This document shows, in pieces, positions 1 to 12,353 of a DNA stretch of 35,631 nucleotides. The position numbers were made by a program, and so were the translations under genes. Below the pieces are notes generated by a model that worked only from the letters and a program-made list of their open reading frames with translations, was not told the origin of the DNA and searched no databases. The DNA comes from Halocafeteria seosinensis. Its lineage: Eukaryota. Positions within the stretch are counted from its first letter, which is position 1. Each line of letters starts with the position of its first letter. The stretch lies in the NCBI GenBank assembly GCA_001687465.1, contig LVLI01000194.1:310001-345631 (forward strand), written 5' to 3'.

Positions 1-1681
1 TGTGTTGGCTTCCAGCATGTTCCCATAAACCTGCATTCGGAACATTCGGAGAGCACTAAAGACTCACAGGACAACGTTGACGCAGTTCGTTTGGTTTACT
101 CACCCCCCATGTCGTTTCTCGTGGCCAGCCAAACAAATCCCTTAGAGCGAATTACGGAGGAAAATATATCACTATTCGAAATGAGATTGTGCAGCCTGCA
201 AAAGCGATCAATCCGGTAAAAATGACGTATGAGAGCGAAAGTCCAGCCTGGGATATAGTTACCTCATAGGGTGGAACGGGCGACGGGAACGGAATACAAA
301 ACTAGAGATGCCATACTCCTCCGTTTCAGGTACTACCTCTTCACTGCATTATGTAATACGATCCAGGCACTTAGTATACGTCCGAGGACACAAGATGAAT
401 GCTTAAGAACCTACGTCAAAGTCTTCAGCCATCCGGCCGATTTCCTAGCTTTTTCGAAACTAAATTGTTTGGTGTTCAGTATCATGTCGAGGGGTACCTG
501 CAGTGCGAGTGTCCACACCAGCTTCACACATATATCGAGAGATAGCCCAACGTAAGTCACTTTACGTTGCTTCGAACAGTGTCGACGATCTTCGCATCTG
601 GGTTCAGGTTCTTAAGGATACCCTTGAGAGTGTCCATTTGCTCGCATGATACCAAGTCAGCCTTGTTGATAAGGATGACATTGGCAAATTCGACCTGTAA
701 TGGATAAAACCATATCTTCATATAACCTCCAATCGTGCTGGTTATTTTCCGAGAAAAATGGCCTTACCTGGTCCACCAGTAAATCAACTAGAGTTCGTTG
801 ATCTTCTTCTGCGGATTCTACCTCCCTGCTCTTCAAGGTGTCGTGCGATTGGTAGTCCTGCAATAGAACGTTGAACAGAAAAAGAAATACATCGTCAATG
901 CTTTTTATTTGCAATTTCCGTATATTCACTTACTCGTAGCCAGTTATATGCATCGACCACTGTCACCATGGTATCTGTAAACGGTCCCTCAGGAGCGGTC
1001 GTGAAGCAAATTGCTACAATAAATTAGTTTTTAAGAGGCCCTACACATACCTAAGCGAGAAATCCCACTCAACACGGTGCCGGTACCATTCGTAAACGTA
1101 AAGGTCTCAGCGACGGGCATGGGTTCGGAAATTCCCGTGCTTTCAATGACCAAATAATCAAACGCGCCCTCATTCGCTAGTTTGGCAACCTCCTCGAGCA
1201 AGTCTTCACGCAGTGTGCAGCAAATACATCCATTTTGCATTTGGACCATTTTTTCTTCCCGACGACTGAGAGCCACATCTCCTGAGCGAACCAGCTCGGC
1301 GTCAATGTTCACCTCACTCATGTCATTCACGATTAAAGCGACGCGCAAGCCTTGAGTGTTGCGTAGAATATGCTGCAACAAGGTCGTTTTGCCGCTCCCA
1401 AGAAAGCCTGATAACACTGTTACGGGGAGACGAGTGTCCTCTTTTCCCCCCTCTACATTTGACGATATTACTGCCTCCTGCCGATCATGGTCATGATCAT
1501 GGCAATGGGCGTGCATAGGGGCTACCTCACTGCCATCGCCGCGTCGCGCGCCGGCATTTTCCCCGCGTGTTCCTGCTCCTACAGCAGCTGCGGCAGCGGC
1601 CGCTGATGATGATGTGTTATGGTTGCTGCCAGCATTCTTCTGTTGCTCCTCTTCGTGTTGGCTTTGTACTCCTTCCGTCAT
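1..1681 (-). CDS. cobW: COG0523/CobW-family (ZNG1/YciC-like) metal-chaperone GTPase; multi-exon, 3' end runs off the window
   Basis: Motifs: Walker [21 protein letters not shown], metal-binding [49 protein letters not shown] and the CobW_C motif [12 protein letters not shown]. Exons joined across GT-AG introns: 1681-1051, 974-934, 857-768, then from 694 further short exons to the window edge. A probable 5'UTR intron lies at 1778-1703. Confidence 0.95.
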
Positions 1682-2566
1682 TTTGTACACACCAGTAAAG
1701 CTCTGTCAAGAACGAAGAATGACCGAAATGAAGGGCGTCCGCCATCTCCGTAATACTTCATTCATCACACAGGCTTACCTTTGTATACTATGAGCCAATA
1801 CGTTTACCTTTTCCTATACTAGAATTCCTCTCTTTTTCCGGTCTTGCGATTCCAATTCTTCTTTTTTTTTTGGTATCGGTCTGTCAGTCAAGTCCCAGCA
1901 AGAGGCACGAAAACTGCTGTTCTGCCAGAGAGAGGCGGGGGAACTTGAAGGAATGTGACACAACGGTGGTGGTGCCACCGTGGTGGTCAGCAAGCTTCAA
2001 CATTCCGAGTTTCTGGCATTGAACCGTCAGTGGTCAACTTGCCACAATGGAGAGTCGGAAAGAAGATATAATGCTTTGGTGTACATAATAAGTGTGCCTT
2101 TTGAATTGTAACTTCCACGCCGAATCCTGGAATCGGCGATGCTGTACGATAAGAAGTTGAAGCATAACATGTACAAGTTGTACGGAGCCATTCTAGCCAG
2201 GTTTACCCCAGAGCGGGAAAAGGAAACAAGACGGTATAATGCCGAGAGGTTCCGGAAGTTCCGTTTTTGTTTATATTAGGTTCACTTTGAGCACAGTGTT
2301 CAGTCCAACTGTACCTCTTGAATACTGAGGGGTGCCCATGTCGCTTCCCAAGCAGCAGTCCTTGAGCTGACACACCAATTAGAGGGATAAATCATCACCA
2401 GTTATCCGGTCATGGAACCATTGCAAGCGAAGCCGGTCTGATGCCTCCCGGCCAGGTATCTAGCAATTGATTCTCGATTCACCTCGCTACTCACACCTTA
2501 CCGCACCGTCATCGTGTTGGGGTCCTCTTGTCCAAATGTCACTATCAACATTTTCACACTTACTTC

Positions 2567-3395
2567 ACCACAGTCAATGTTTTGCAACCACAGGAGCCAT
2601 TGATACATTTTATTTTCCGTGTCCAATCATGGTTGGTTATTGCGATAGGATTGTGGGGACATGTTTTTCCGACTCGGAAGATTCGCTTGAAAAATCCGTT
2701 TGACATCTTCAGCGAGGTGTTCTTGTTTCCGAGTTATTGTCTAACATTTGTACCGATCTATCCACCTCTCTACACGCCTATGGGCCTCACTTGCGACTGA
2801 TTCGTAGGCAGCGGACACAACGCAACTTGTCGCGCTGTGACTAACAGTAAACTGCAAACCTTTGGCACCGCTCACCAGTCAACACTCGGAAATTCTATCT
2901 ACTTGACAGCCCGCAGTCAACTGTTCTTAGCTCCAGAAGCCATCGGTAGATTTCATTTTCCTGTTCCAGCCATGGCTGGAGATTGCAGTAGCACGTTGAT
3001 GTGCGTGAAAAATTATTCGGACGGAGAATCTCTGTCCGGTGTGAGTACATACCCGAAACATCGACTCTAAAAACCCGCTTGACATCTCTAGACAGGTGCT
3101 CTTGTCTCAAGACTACCGTCTGACATTTGTAGCGATTTATCCACCTCCTTACACGGTCGTGAACGTAGTATGAGTAGTTCTGTTTAAAATGTTCAATACA
3201 CCCCAATCGCATCAGTTCTACCGCATCACTGCTGGTATTTAGGCTTTCACAAAAATGGTTAAAGTCTCTAAAATACGATTCAAGGCACTGCAGCTGATGA
3301 CACTTGTTACACCTCCACAGTGGTTCTCTGTCCCGGAAGAAGTGCAGATTCCTGTATGCTGCGGAATGGTGCGTGCCGAATTGAAATTGTGTCAA
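2567..3395 (-). pseudogene. Decayed tandemly duplicated ORF, possibly a CENP-B/Tc5-type HTH (pogo-like transposase) relic
   Basis: Copy A (~3161-2911, in ORF 2895..3395) reads HDRVRRWINRYKCQTVVLRQEHLSRDVKRVF...QPWLEQENEIYRWLLELRTVDCG. Copy B (2782-2567) reads HRRVERWIDRYKC*TITRKQEHLAEDVKRIF...QP*LDTENKMYQWLLWLQNIDCG, with stops at 2741-2743 and 2627-2629. The duplication is directly visible; the HTH resemblance is by eye only. Confidence 0.5.
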
Positions 3396-3689
3396 TTCAC
3401 AATTTCATTTCAATGCTCTGAAATTCCAGTATCGCGAAGCATTGTAGAGAGACTTTATGACAACTTTATGGAATGCTAACAAGTAACGGTGTGTTTCAGT
3501 TGTTTCAGTTCCTGACAGTGAGTCAAGCAACTTCAACTCTTTGAATTTCACAGAGATGTTTCGCAACTTCAACAAGAATTCAAAAATTACGACGATATAA
3601 CAAAGAAGACTTGGAATCGCTTTCTACGGCTATTTTCCATGCTCAAGTGACAATACAAGGGGTGTCCTTGGGGTACTTTAACCAGCAAT

Positions 3690-5465
3690 ATGGACGTTTA
3701 CTCTCCCGAGCAAGCTGAGATCCAACGATGGCGAAAGAAAGCGCTGAGATACAGCTACCTCCATAAGCAATACACGCGCGCCTGGCGCAAATTGTCCAAG
3801 AGAATCGAGGAATTAGCCCAAGATAATATACAGTATGTTGGGTGAATTATCTTCCGTTGATGCATGGGTGCATATTCTCATTGTCGTATTTGGAATGTGC
3901 AGGAAAGAGCGAGAGATTGAGAGGCTCTTGGAGGCTCTACGAGCCATTTTACCCCAGTTATGCAGCCATACAGAGGAGAATTCAAGGGATGATGTAGAGG
4001 ATAAATTGAAGGAAATACTCGATAACAGGCTCTTCTGTGCCATAGGGATTCCCCACAGGCTTCCCGAATGCAAACAGCACGATAGCACGCAAACGACAGT
4101 GGAGGAGCAGAATTCACCGTCAAAAACGCAGACGCAAACTCGAGCGAGTCCTTCAGATGATACCTACAGGAAGAGGAATAACAAAAGGCCTTCGCCCTCG
4201 AACCGCACTCAAGGAGAAGCGAATACGAGTGCGCAGCTTAATCGAGAGGAGCAACAGTCGTCCGACAGTGCTGGACGAAGAACTACGCCTTTGAAGCTTG
4301 CAAAAGTGGAAGCAGACGATGAAGACGACGCGATTGTCATAACTGAGAGCCAAACTTCAAATGAGGAAAATACTGACGATGATAATGGTCCTGTGAGTGC
4401 GAATGTGCTCCCAGAAAGAAGAGACACACTCACTACTGACGGATCTGAAGCAGGGGAGGAAATGCAATCGCAGCAAAGTGAAGACTGTGCGAATCCTGGC
4501 AGAAATTTCCGGAAACAATATGAAGAGCACCGTGAACTCGTTAGCAGTGGCTCCTCTGCTCAGACTGGTAATGGTGCTTACCAACCATCTAGCGAAGCGA
4601 CACAGAAAACTCACCGACCGGGTCGAGGGAGCACTGGTACTATTCCAACCCGCTCGCACACAGCAGAAGGAAGCACGCAAAGTCCTAGCTATCATTGGGG
4701 TACCCATTCCAGTACAGAATACCGAAAGACTAGCGCAGAAGCTATTGTAGTGGATCACTCAGAACCTTGTGCTGGCCCTGACCGGAAGGTACCACCACAT
4801 TTGAAGCAGACGGCAACTTCCAGTCTACGAGCTAGATTGGGAAAAGCAAAGAATGCAGCACCCACGACAACTTTTCCCACTACAGTGACTGCTGCAGTAT
4901 CAGAAAGTATAACGAGGACAACGATGCCGCAACCAAGTCAAAACTCGATTTCTGAAAATGAAGAGTCAATCCGTCTTATGGCTGAGTTAGGCAACTGCGA
5001 TTTCGAACAGGATGATGCTAGTGTTACGGTATGTCTGCGCATTCGTGTCCATTAAGATTGATTGTATTCAAAATGATCCATGTAACGAAGTTTTTGCACC
5101 ACAGGTACCAACTAGAGATGATACCGAGGCTACCTCTTCCTCGAAACCACGGGGTGAACCTAGCCATAGGTATACCGAAGTGGTACGCAATCGAGACGAA
5201 CGAGAAGCCATGCGAGGATTTAATTGCGATCAGTGCCGACAAGTAAGTGACCAGCAGAATTAAGCCAACAATCATTACCCCTGGTGCATCTGTCACCACA
5301 AGTTATTCGCTTCTTTCTTCGCAGTTCTACGCGAATTTGGGAAGTAAGGAATTGGAGGAAGCAGCGGTACAGTGTTCATCGCGTCATCGTCACCACCACA
5401 CCCCACCAAGTACTCCGGACGGCTATTGGGAGAATCTTTGGATTGGGTCTCCGTCGCAACGATAG
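3690..5465 (+). CDS. SAE2: CtIP/Sae2/Com1 DNA end-resection factor
   Basis: Exons 3690-3832, 3903-5028, 5105-5242 and 5325-5465, all with GT-AG introns and frame-consistent. N-terminal coiled-coil-like segment, long disordered S/T-rich middle, and the C-terminal Sae2/CtIP signature EVVRNRDEREAMRGFNCDQCRQFY...SRHR...PPSTPDGYW. Confidence 0.9.
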
Positions 5466-5645
5466 CGAGACGTCCGAAAAAAGTAAATAAGATATACACA
5501 TGCAGCATCGTTATAAGAACCTATATTAGAAAGTAGAATTTTGCATTGCCCATGCAGAACTGTTACAAGGAAGTCCTCGTAGAAACGTATTGCTAACTAA
5601 TATGAGAAGCACGGCTATATATTTCTGTTTATATTTCATATCTAT

Positions 5646-6965
5646 CTACGTTTCATCTGCATCTTCCGCGTGTTCTCTTGTTGAAGCACCTTGACTGTCG
5701 GCAGAACTATCTGCCTTTCCACCACTCTCCTTAGACTTTGGTACACCAGCGGACGTTTGAGATCCTAAGCCTGATAGCTTCTTATCCAGTAAACGCAAAG
5801 CGCGAGCGCGTCGTCTATCAGCTAGCGGGTCGCTTGCCGCCGCCGCTGCTGGTCTCCCTGATCCTTTATCGTTGGGTTTCGCGTAGTGGTTATGGTATCT
5901 GGGTGCCGACGAGGTGCTTGGTTCTGCTGTAGAGGCTGCCGCGTCGGCGCTTTTTGTACCCGATGGTTGTTCATCCTCTTCCACACACGATATATTTTTG
6001 CCTAGCATAACTAAAGGCTTAAAGAGGCGTCCAACGACAAATGCATTGCTAACTGCGTCCGGTAAAGACTCTTCTAACTCCGACGTTATTGGTAAGAAGC
6101 CCAGGACCAGACATGTACCAACAAAGGCTGCATACACAAGAATAAACCAAAGCGTGGGCTTTATAAACAGTAACTCAGCAGTGGGAAAGATACATATATG
6201 GACGTACCACACGCCATAAAAACAAGGTTAGAAAGATCATCCGAGACCAATGTATCGAAAACACTAAGAGCCACAATCGTGAGTGGACAGTATCGTGTAC
6301 TTATAACGAGTATCCTGGGTCGCGATACTGTCTGTTGGGAGGCTTGTCCTAATTCAGCATCTCCTTCGGAAGGCGCCTCGGTGCCCTGGGGGATAGGTAG
6401 TTCGACCCTAATGTTATTTTTCTGGCACGTGGGGTCCGCCACGGTGGCCAGGATGGAGAGCGTCATGACCAATGAAAAAATGCCTCCGTGGTTCGTAAAG
6501 CTGCATACAGTCCCAGATGATATAATTTATGACTTCATCCAAGCACTTTGTAGCGCTGTCCACGTACTAATAGTATTCATCGGCGGTGACAACATAGTAC
6601 ACCGAGAAGAGTATGGTGGTGAGTAGTCCATTCACCGCGATGCTCACCCATAGCCATTTCGCATACACCAATTTCGGGAGGAATTTCTCACAGGGATAGC
6701 TCAGATACAGTATGCAGGGAATGAACACGATGAGCCATACGTATCCGGGCGCCACCAGGGCACTGGTGACGATGTTCCACAGATAATGCCCTCCAAATAG
6801 AGTATGCCCAGGCTGCAGAGCCAGAATGTTGGCCATCGCCTTCGAGTTCAGAGCAAGCAGAGAGCTGAGGAGAGTCCCCAGCACCAGCCATAGCGTGGTA
6901 CGCGCATTCTGAAGCAAAGCATGGCCATATTGCTGCAGATTAAAGGCTGTTCGACCCGAGTCCAT
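5646..6965 (-). CDS. TMEM115: TMEM115/DUF1751 rhomboid-like Golgi membrane protein
   Basis: Exons 6965-6568, 6500-6208 and 6127-5646. Several TM segments with a rhomboid-like LALQPGHTL..YLWNIVTS, and C-terminal ADRRRARALRLLDKKL resembling the TMEM115 AERRRxxALKxLxERL motif. Confidence 0.75.
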
Positions 6966-7331
6966 TGTGTGCGCTTTTCTCTACAAAAACCACCCTGTCC
7001 CTTAAAAAAACCCACTGCTGGATGGGTTGGGGGTATGCTCTCCTGCCTGGAACAACGCTGTAAAGTGTGCGCATACACGGTCATGGTGCATGAATGGAAG
7101 GAAGTTAAGTCTGCGAAAAGATTGCTGCCTTCCAGAAGAGAGAACCGAATTGTGCTGCTACACAAACGGAAAAAAAATTAAACAATTGGACAGCTGCTCT
7201 GGTACGATAAGAATGAAAATGCATTGCTGGATTAGTTTTGGTTCGGGAGAGCTTTATTTCTTTGTTCCTACGTCTACAGCCTTTACTATTAGGATCTGTC
7301 CGGGATTCTTCCCTCTTCTGGTATTGACGGT

Positions 7332-10300
7332 TCAAATGGATGAAGTTATGAAAGACTTTACGGCGGGAAGCAATTCCTCAATTTCTGCAGGAGAATACCC
7401 CTTAGATATCGCTACTTCACCGAACTGCTTGGCGGCATCATCCAAAACAGTCGGGTCGGTTAGCATAACCTTCACATTGGGCCGGCGACGATCTGCCATC
7501 AACAGTGTCTGCAGAGTCTCAAACATCTTGCAGAAGGTGATTGGCGCTTCGCCAGTTGATGACAAGCCATTGTCGTGCATCTCTCTGACTCGAAGCAATA
7601 GCATGTCGAGATCAACTACCAAAGATGCTCGGACAACAAGCACAAACAGTTCGTGCGCTGAAGACATATCCTGGTCAAGTGGACTCCGCACTGTTGATTG
7701 GATGCCGGATGGTGTTTCCGCTTCCGAAGCAAACACGCTGACATCCCCATCGGCAAGGCGAGCTGTCAAACTGTTAAATCGTTTGTAATGCGAGTCATCC
7801 ACATTGTTCGAACCGTCGGGGAACCGCTCTCGCGTTCGATGGAGTTGGGCCAGTTGATACACAATCTGAGCAGCCTGCCCCAGGCAATAGCCAGCATCTA
7901 ATGGAGTTTTACGACTTTGCTCCAACAACTCGACGCAGTAGCGTACGGCAGCGACAGGATAATTGGTATTGTGAGAGCCACCGCTAATTCCATGTCCCTC
8001 ATTGTTACTTATGCCGACGACAAAGTGCGTGTCGTTAATTAAACCAGCGGCATTGTGGAATACCCATATTTCGTCATTGCATCGTTTCAGAATACCTTTC
8101 GCACTGTCTACCTCTTCCACATATTGCCCGACTCTAGATCTTGGAGAATCGCCTTGCTTCAGTGTAATCAAAGCAGCAAGTTTACCAAGAGATGCACACA
8201 CTGTTGTAGAAGCATATTCACTTCCGTCTGACGGAGCGCTAATGCAGCTCTTGGATATTTTTTCCTTATTCGCATTGCTTGAATGGGTAGGTTCCTTATA
8301 CTGCGAAATAGAGCACATTGCAGTGGCAGAAATATTGCAGAGCTTCACCCTACACTGCTCCATAAGCTGGTTTTCTTGTTTACTCGCTACTTCGCTGTAC
8401 CAGAGTTGTTTGGTGGACGCAAGCCGAAGGAGTAACACACCAACAACATCAGTCCGATGCTGTAATACTAGCTTGTTGAATATTTCATTCCATGGATTCC
8501 TTGCTTGCAAAAACGCCGATTCTGATTTCACGGCTTGGCACAGTATAGAGAATACGTCACTGGCGAATACCAGAAGGGATGATAAGTATCCTGAGTACAT
8601 TGGGCTGGCTTGGCGGGATGTGCGTGGCGCTAACGGTTCTCCAGCTCTACGGAACAGATGCTCGACGAATACTCCTGCAAAGTTGGCGCCTGATAGCGAG
8701 GGACCAAACATATACAGATCCTGCCTGAAATTGTCGACTTTCCTCAGTTCCCTGTAGCAGGAAACGATTGATAAGATGCTCCGAATGTCTAGTCGACATG
8801 TAGCATTAGCAAGCGGTAGGCAGCCTAACATTCCCTTTTCTACTCCAATCTGCTTGGCAGCAGGAGAACAGTACAGCGTCATCGTGATATCATCTGTTCG
8901 ATTGATATCCTGTAGAAGCAAAGGAACCGAGTCTTTTCGGTTGCCAAACCACCCAAACACCTCCAAACTTTCATTCACTTTGGGGGCTACGGTCCTGCTT
9001 AGTGTACGGGAGAGAGCTGCTGGCCCTTGAGGCAGCATAGCACTACCGATAGCAAGCAGGAATTGCCTTCTTCGTTCATCCCCAGGAGGCTGTAATGCAA
9101 GCGATATGCTCTGACGAAGGATACGTGTCGCTGCCGGCCTAGAGTCTAAAGGGAGGTAATCAAAATTAGATAATAGCTCACAACATAAATGCACGAGCAA
9201 GTCCCATGATGGACCAATCGCACGTTCGGTCCGCGTCTCGGTAAGTCCAACGGTCACCAAAGGCATAACGCAGTTGAGCTTGAAGTTGAATTTTTCTATA
9301 CGCGCTTTCTCAATATTCCCTCGAGTTAGACCAGCAACTTCTCGTACCGTAGCGAGGATGGTGCGACATACAGATTCAGCACCCTTCAAGCAGTCATTTC
9401 CAGCTTTACTGTCATTCTCAATCCACGAATGTAGGTCCACGGATGAGACTGGTTTGTCGCTTGGGGGTAACTCGTAGAAAGAGTGCCATCTCGCTACATG
9501 CGCTTGAGCGGAGAGGATACACGTTAGCATACAGTCTATGCAAACATCTTGCAAGTCAGAATCCGAAGCCTTGCTCTCTAGCTCATCGCGGTGGGGATTT
9601 TGCAAGAATTGAGAGATCAGTTGCAACAGACTTTGGAACTTGGTCATACTACTAAATACAACATGCCACGGGCTGAGTCCAGCCCGAGCAATGCCGTGGA
9701 CATTAGTGGTAATCTTCTTTGTCAGCCTACCAATTATCCATCCCGTTAGCGTGACAATGCCTTCGCAATGAGTTGCTGAACGATCCCATTCCTCCTCACC
9801 AATTATTCTAGACTTCTGACCCTCGCTGAGTTTCAACCGTTCCTTCGCAAGAGAACCAATCTCAAATTGAGACGAAGCACTTTCATGCAAGGCTGTAAAT
9901 GAAATCACTGAAGCAAGTCTACTACCATGATCGCTTAATAACCTACGGGTGGCTCGAGAAGCCTTTTGCAAGAATCCGAGCCTCTTCAACAGAAAAACTA
10001 GGAGAATGTGTTTTATCGCTTTGCTGTTGAGCATATCCCAAGGATGTTCGCCGTCACTTCGACTGCTTCCCCTGGGTTGTGGTTTCTGATCCATTATGTG
10101 GTTTGACACGTTTTCAATCGCTGAATCAATAGCAGAAGAGTTTTCCTCTGACGATTGGCCTTGTCCACAAAGTGGTTGAAGGGCATCCTGCACTTGAGTC
10201 GTAAGCTCCTCTGGAAGATCAATTCCGCTTCCATGAGTTCCAGCTTCTGTAAAAGCTGTAAGACGGCAAACACCCTCGTCGAACAGGGACCGTATTGCGA

Positions 10301-12353
10301 CAGACAGTCCACGCCCAATTTGATCCGAGCTCAAACTTGCCTCCTGGCGAGTGCTGACGTCATCAAAGGAATGATTTTCAGTAACATATTCACGAACGAT
10401 CCGCGCAAGTGCAGTTACCGTGGCCTGCGGTAGTACCCTCAAGAAAGGAAAACTTAAGGGGGTACCTTCTTCTGCATTTCTTGGAGTGCTCGGAAACGGG
10501 GATGGTGAGTCCAGGAAACGGGAGTGCAGATCGATAGCTACAGAATACTGATCATAAAACACTGTCGATAGAGAACTATCAGAACTTGTCCCGGCAAAAG
10601 CCAAATGAGGATATTCAGTTGGTCTAGGAAAAGCCTTAGTTTCAGATGGAGGGTTAAGCACGATCACATCCAGAGTGGGTGATGCGGGATACCTTGTTGG
10701 TCCCATCTGTATCGTGCCGATGACACTCAGCTCTACCTGGGATCTCCCACTGTACGACAGTGTTGTTGGCGGGAACAATACCAACGCCCTGTTGTCATCC
10801 TCTGCACTCAACACGGGAACGGCTTCAGTTTCGTCAAACATGGCACCAAGCAACCTGGATGGTGCAGGAAGGTCTATCGATTCCAGCTCGTTTTCGAAGG
10901 TTCGTTCTGGGTCCGGAATTCTCTCGAGTATGGCCTCCTTCTCCAACGCATGTGGCAATTGAACCCTTGATGCTAGTCTGATTGAGTCGTCATTGGCGAA
11001 TGTTGAATCTGTAGAAATACTATATACATCCAAACTGTAGCTTCTTTCCAGGGTGTCGTACCAGAGCACTATCACACGTAGGGATGGCTGAACAGTGAGG
11101 ATTTGGAAGGAGATCGGCAATCTACTGGAAGCACCATCTTGGCGAAGAGGCAGGGACATGTCGCCTCTCAATTCCATATCGAACCCACTAGAAATTCGAT
11201 ACAAAATAAGTTTGGACGGCGTGAGAATCATGATATCAGACGAGTTTGAAACGAATTCCAGCTGTTTCATCTGAATAACACCACCTTCAGCGATAGATAT
11301 CCCCCGGCGGACCCGAAAACTGCTTTCTTCGACCGTACTATCGTCTCCTGTTGGTTTTGCGGAAAAATATTGGAAGTCGTCTGAGCCATCTTGTCCTCGT
11401 CGAGACCTTTGGGAAGACCCCAACCAGGATGTAAGCCGCGATGACCAGGAGCCTAGAAGCCCGTATCCGTCGCTGGACGACATTTTATTCCTTTCTTCCG
11501 CATCAGCAAAGTACCCCGTCACCGTCACTTCTCTTAGCTCACCGTCGTCTACTTTAACCGCGTGTAACATATGTCCAAAGCTCCCGCATATAATAGTATG
11601 TACCTCAGTCGACCAGCTGGTGTTCTCGCTCAGTGCGTGGGAACTAGACAACTTATTCAACGGATGCAAAACAGTGGGAGCTTCCCCTTCAAATAAGTTA
11701 ACTACCCGCGAATCACAGTGACCTACGAAGTAGCTCTTCCATCTTCCTTCCTGTGTAACTCGATTCTGATCATGGTCTTCCGAGGACCAAAAGCAAGCCG
11801 TGTATTCTCTACCTGAGGCGATACTGGGGGTTGCTACGACGGCCGTTATGGCCACTTCTACGTTATCAATTCCCACAGCATCTGCATCACTTCTGTCATT
11901 CTTCGTCGAGTTTAATTCTTGGACACAAAGCAGATTGGGTAGTATTTTCAGTTCTTTGGCCTGTTGTGGGTGGGCTGTCCGACAAATATACACGATTCCT
12001 CTCTCCCTATTAGAAGCCGGATACCTGTATACCGCCACAAACCCGAGAGAGTGCACCCAATACCACCCTTGGGAGGTTCCAGCCTGTATGGGAGCCTCTG
12101 TAGGAGTCATAAATGAGCCAAATAAGACAAATTTTGATTCAAAATGGCACTTTCACAGAGCCCTTCTGGGCTCTTACCTTTCCTCCGAGCCCCCGAGATC
12201 ATTTTCTGCACCTCTGGTGGATACTGGGCCACTGCATGAAGCGTATCAACGAGATGAAAATGGTATTATTCATCCATAATGTAATGACAAAGGGCAAGGA
12301 GAATTCGCCAACATACCCTCTACTCGGTCCTCCGGCCGTGGTCGTTTAGGCAT
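7332..12353 (-). CDS. NUP133: Nucleoporin Nup133-like (Y-complex), ~1618 aa
   Basis: Exons 12353-12317, 12231-12178 and 12097-7332 give an N-terminus MPKRPRPEDRVEVAQYPPEVQKM...GWYWV. The N-half is beta-rich and the C-half helical. Nup133-like motifs: VSNHIMDQKP...LNSKAIKHILLVFLLKRLG...LLSDHGSRLAS and TVCASLGKLAAL. Confidence 0.7.

Noticed and set aside
1700..2100. Cobalamin riboswitch upstream of cobW
   Set aside because: No B12-box or other conserved core motifs were found on the coding strand.
2567..2782. Stop-codon reassignment (TAG=Gln, TGA=Trp) suggested by the aligned stops in copy B
   Set aside because: Both stops are single transitions from CAG and TGG, the commonest nonsense changes. 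Neighbouring genes end in TAG (CtIP, adhesin), TGA (Prp6, both Nups) and TAA (ATPase), so the code is standard.
7027..12279. Long antisense ORFs (7027..7788, 8002..8757, 11800..12279; likewise 24332..25129 and 33115..33660)
   Set aside because: Shadow frames of long real genes with no recognisable motifs.
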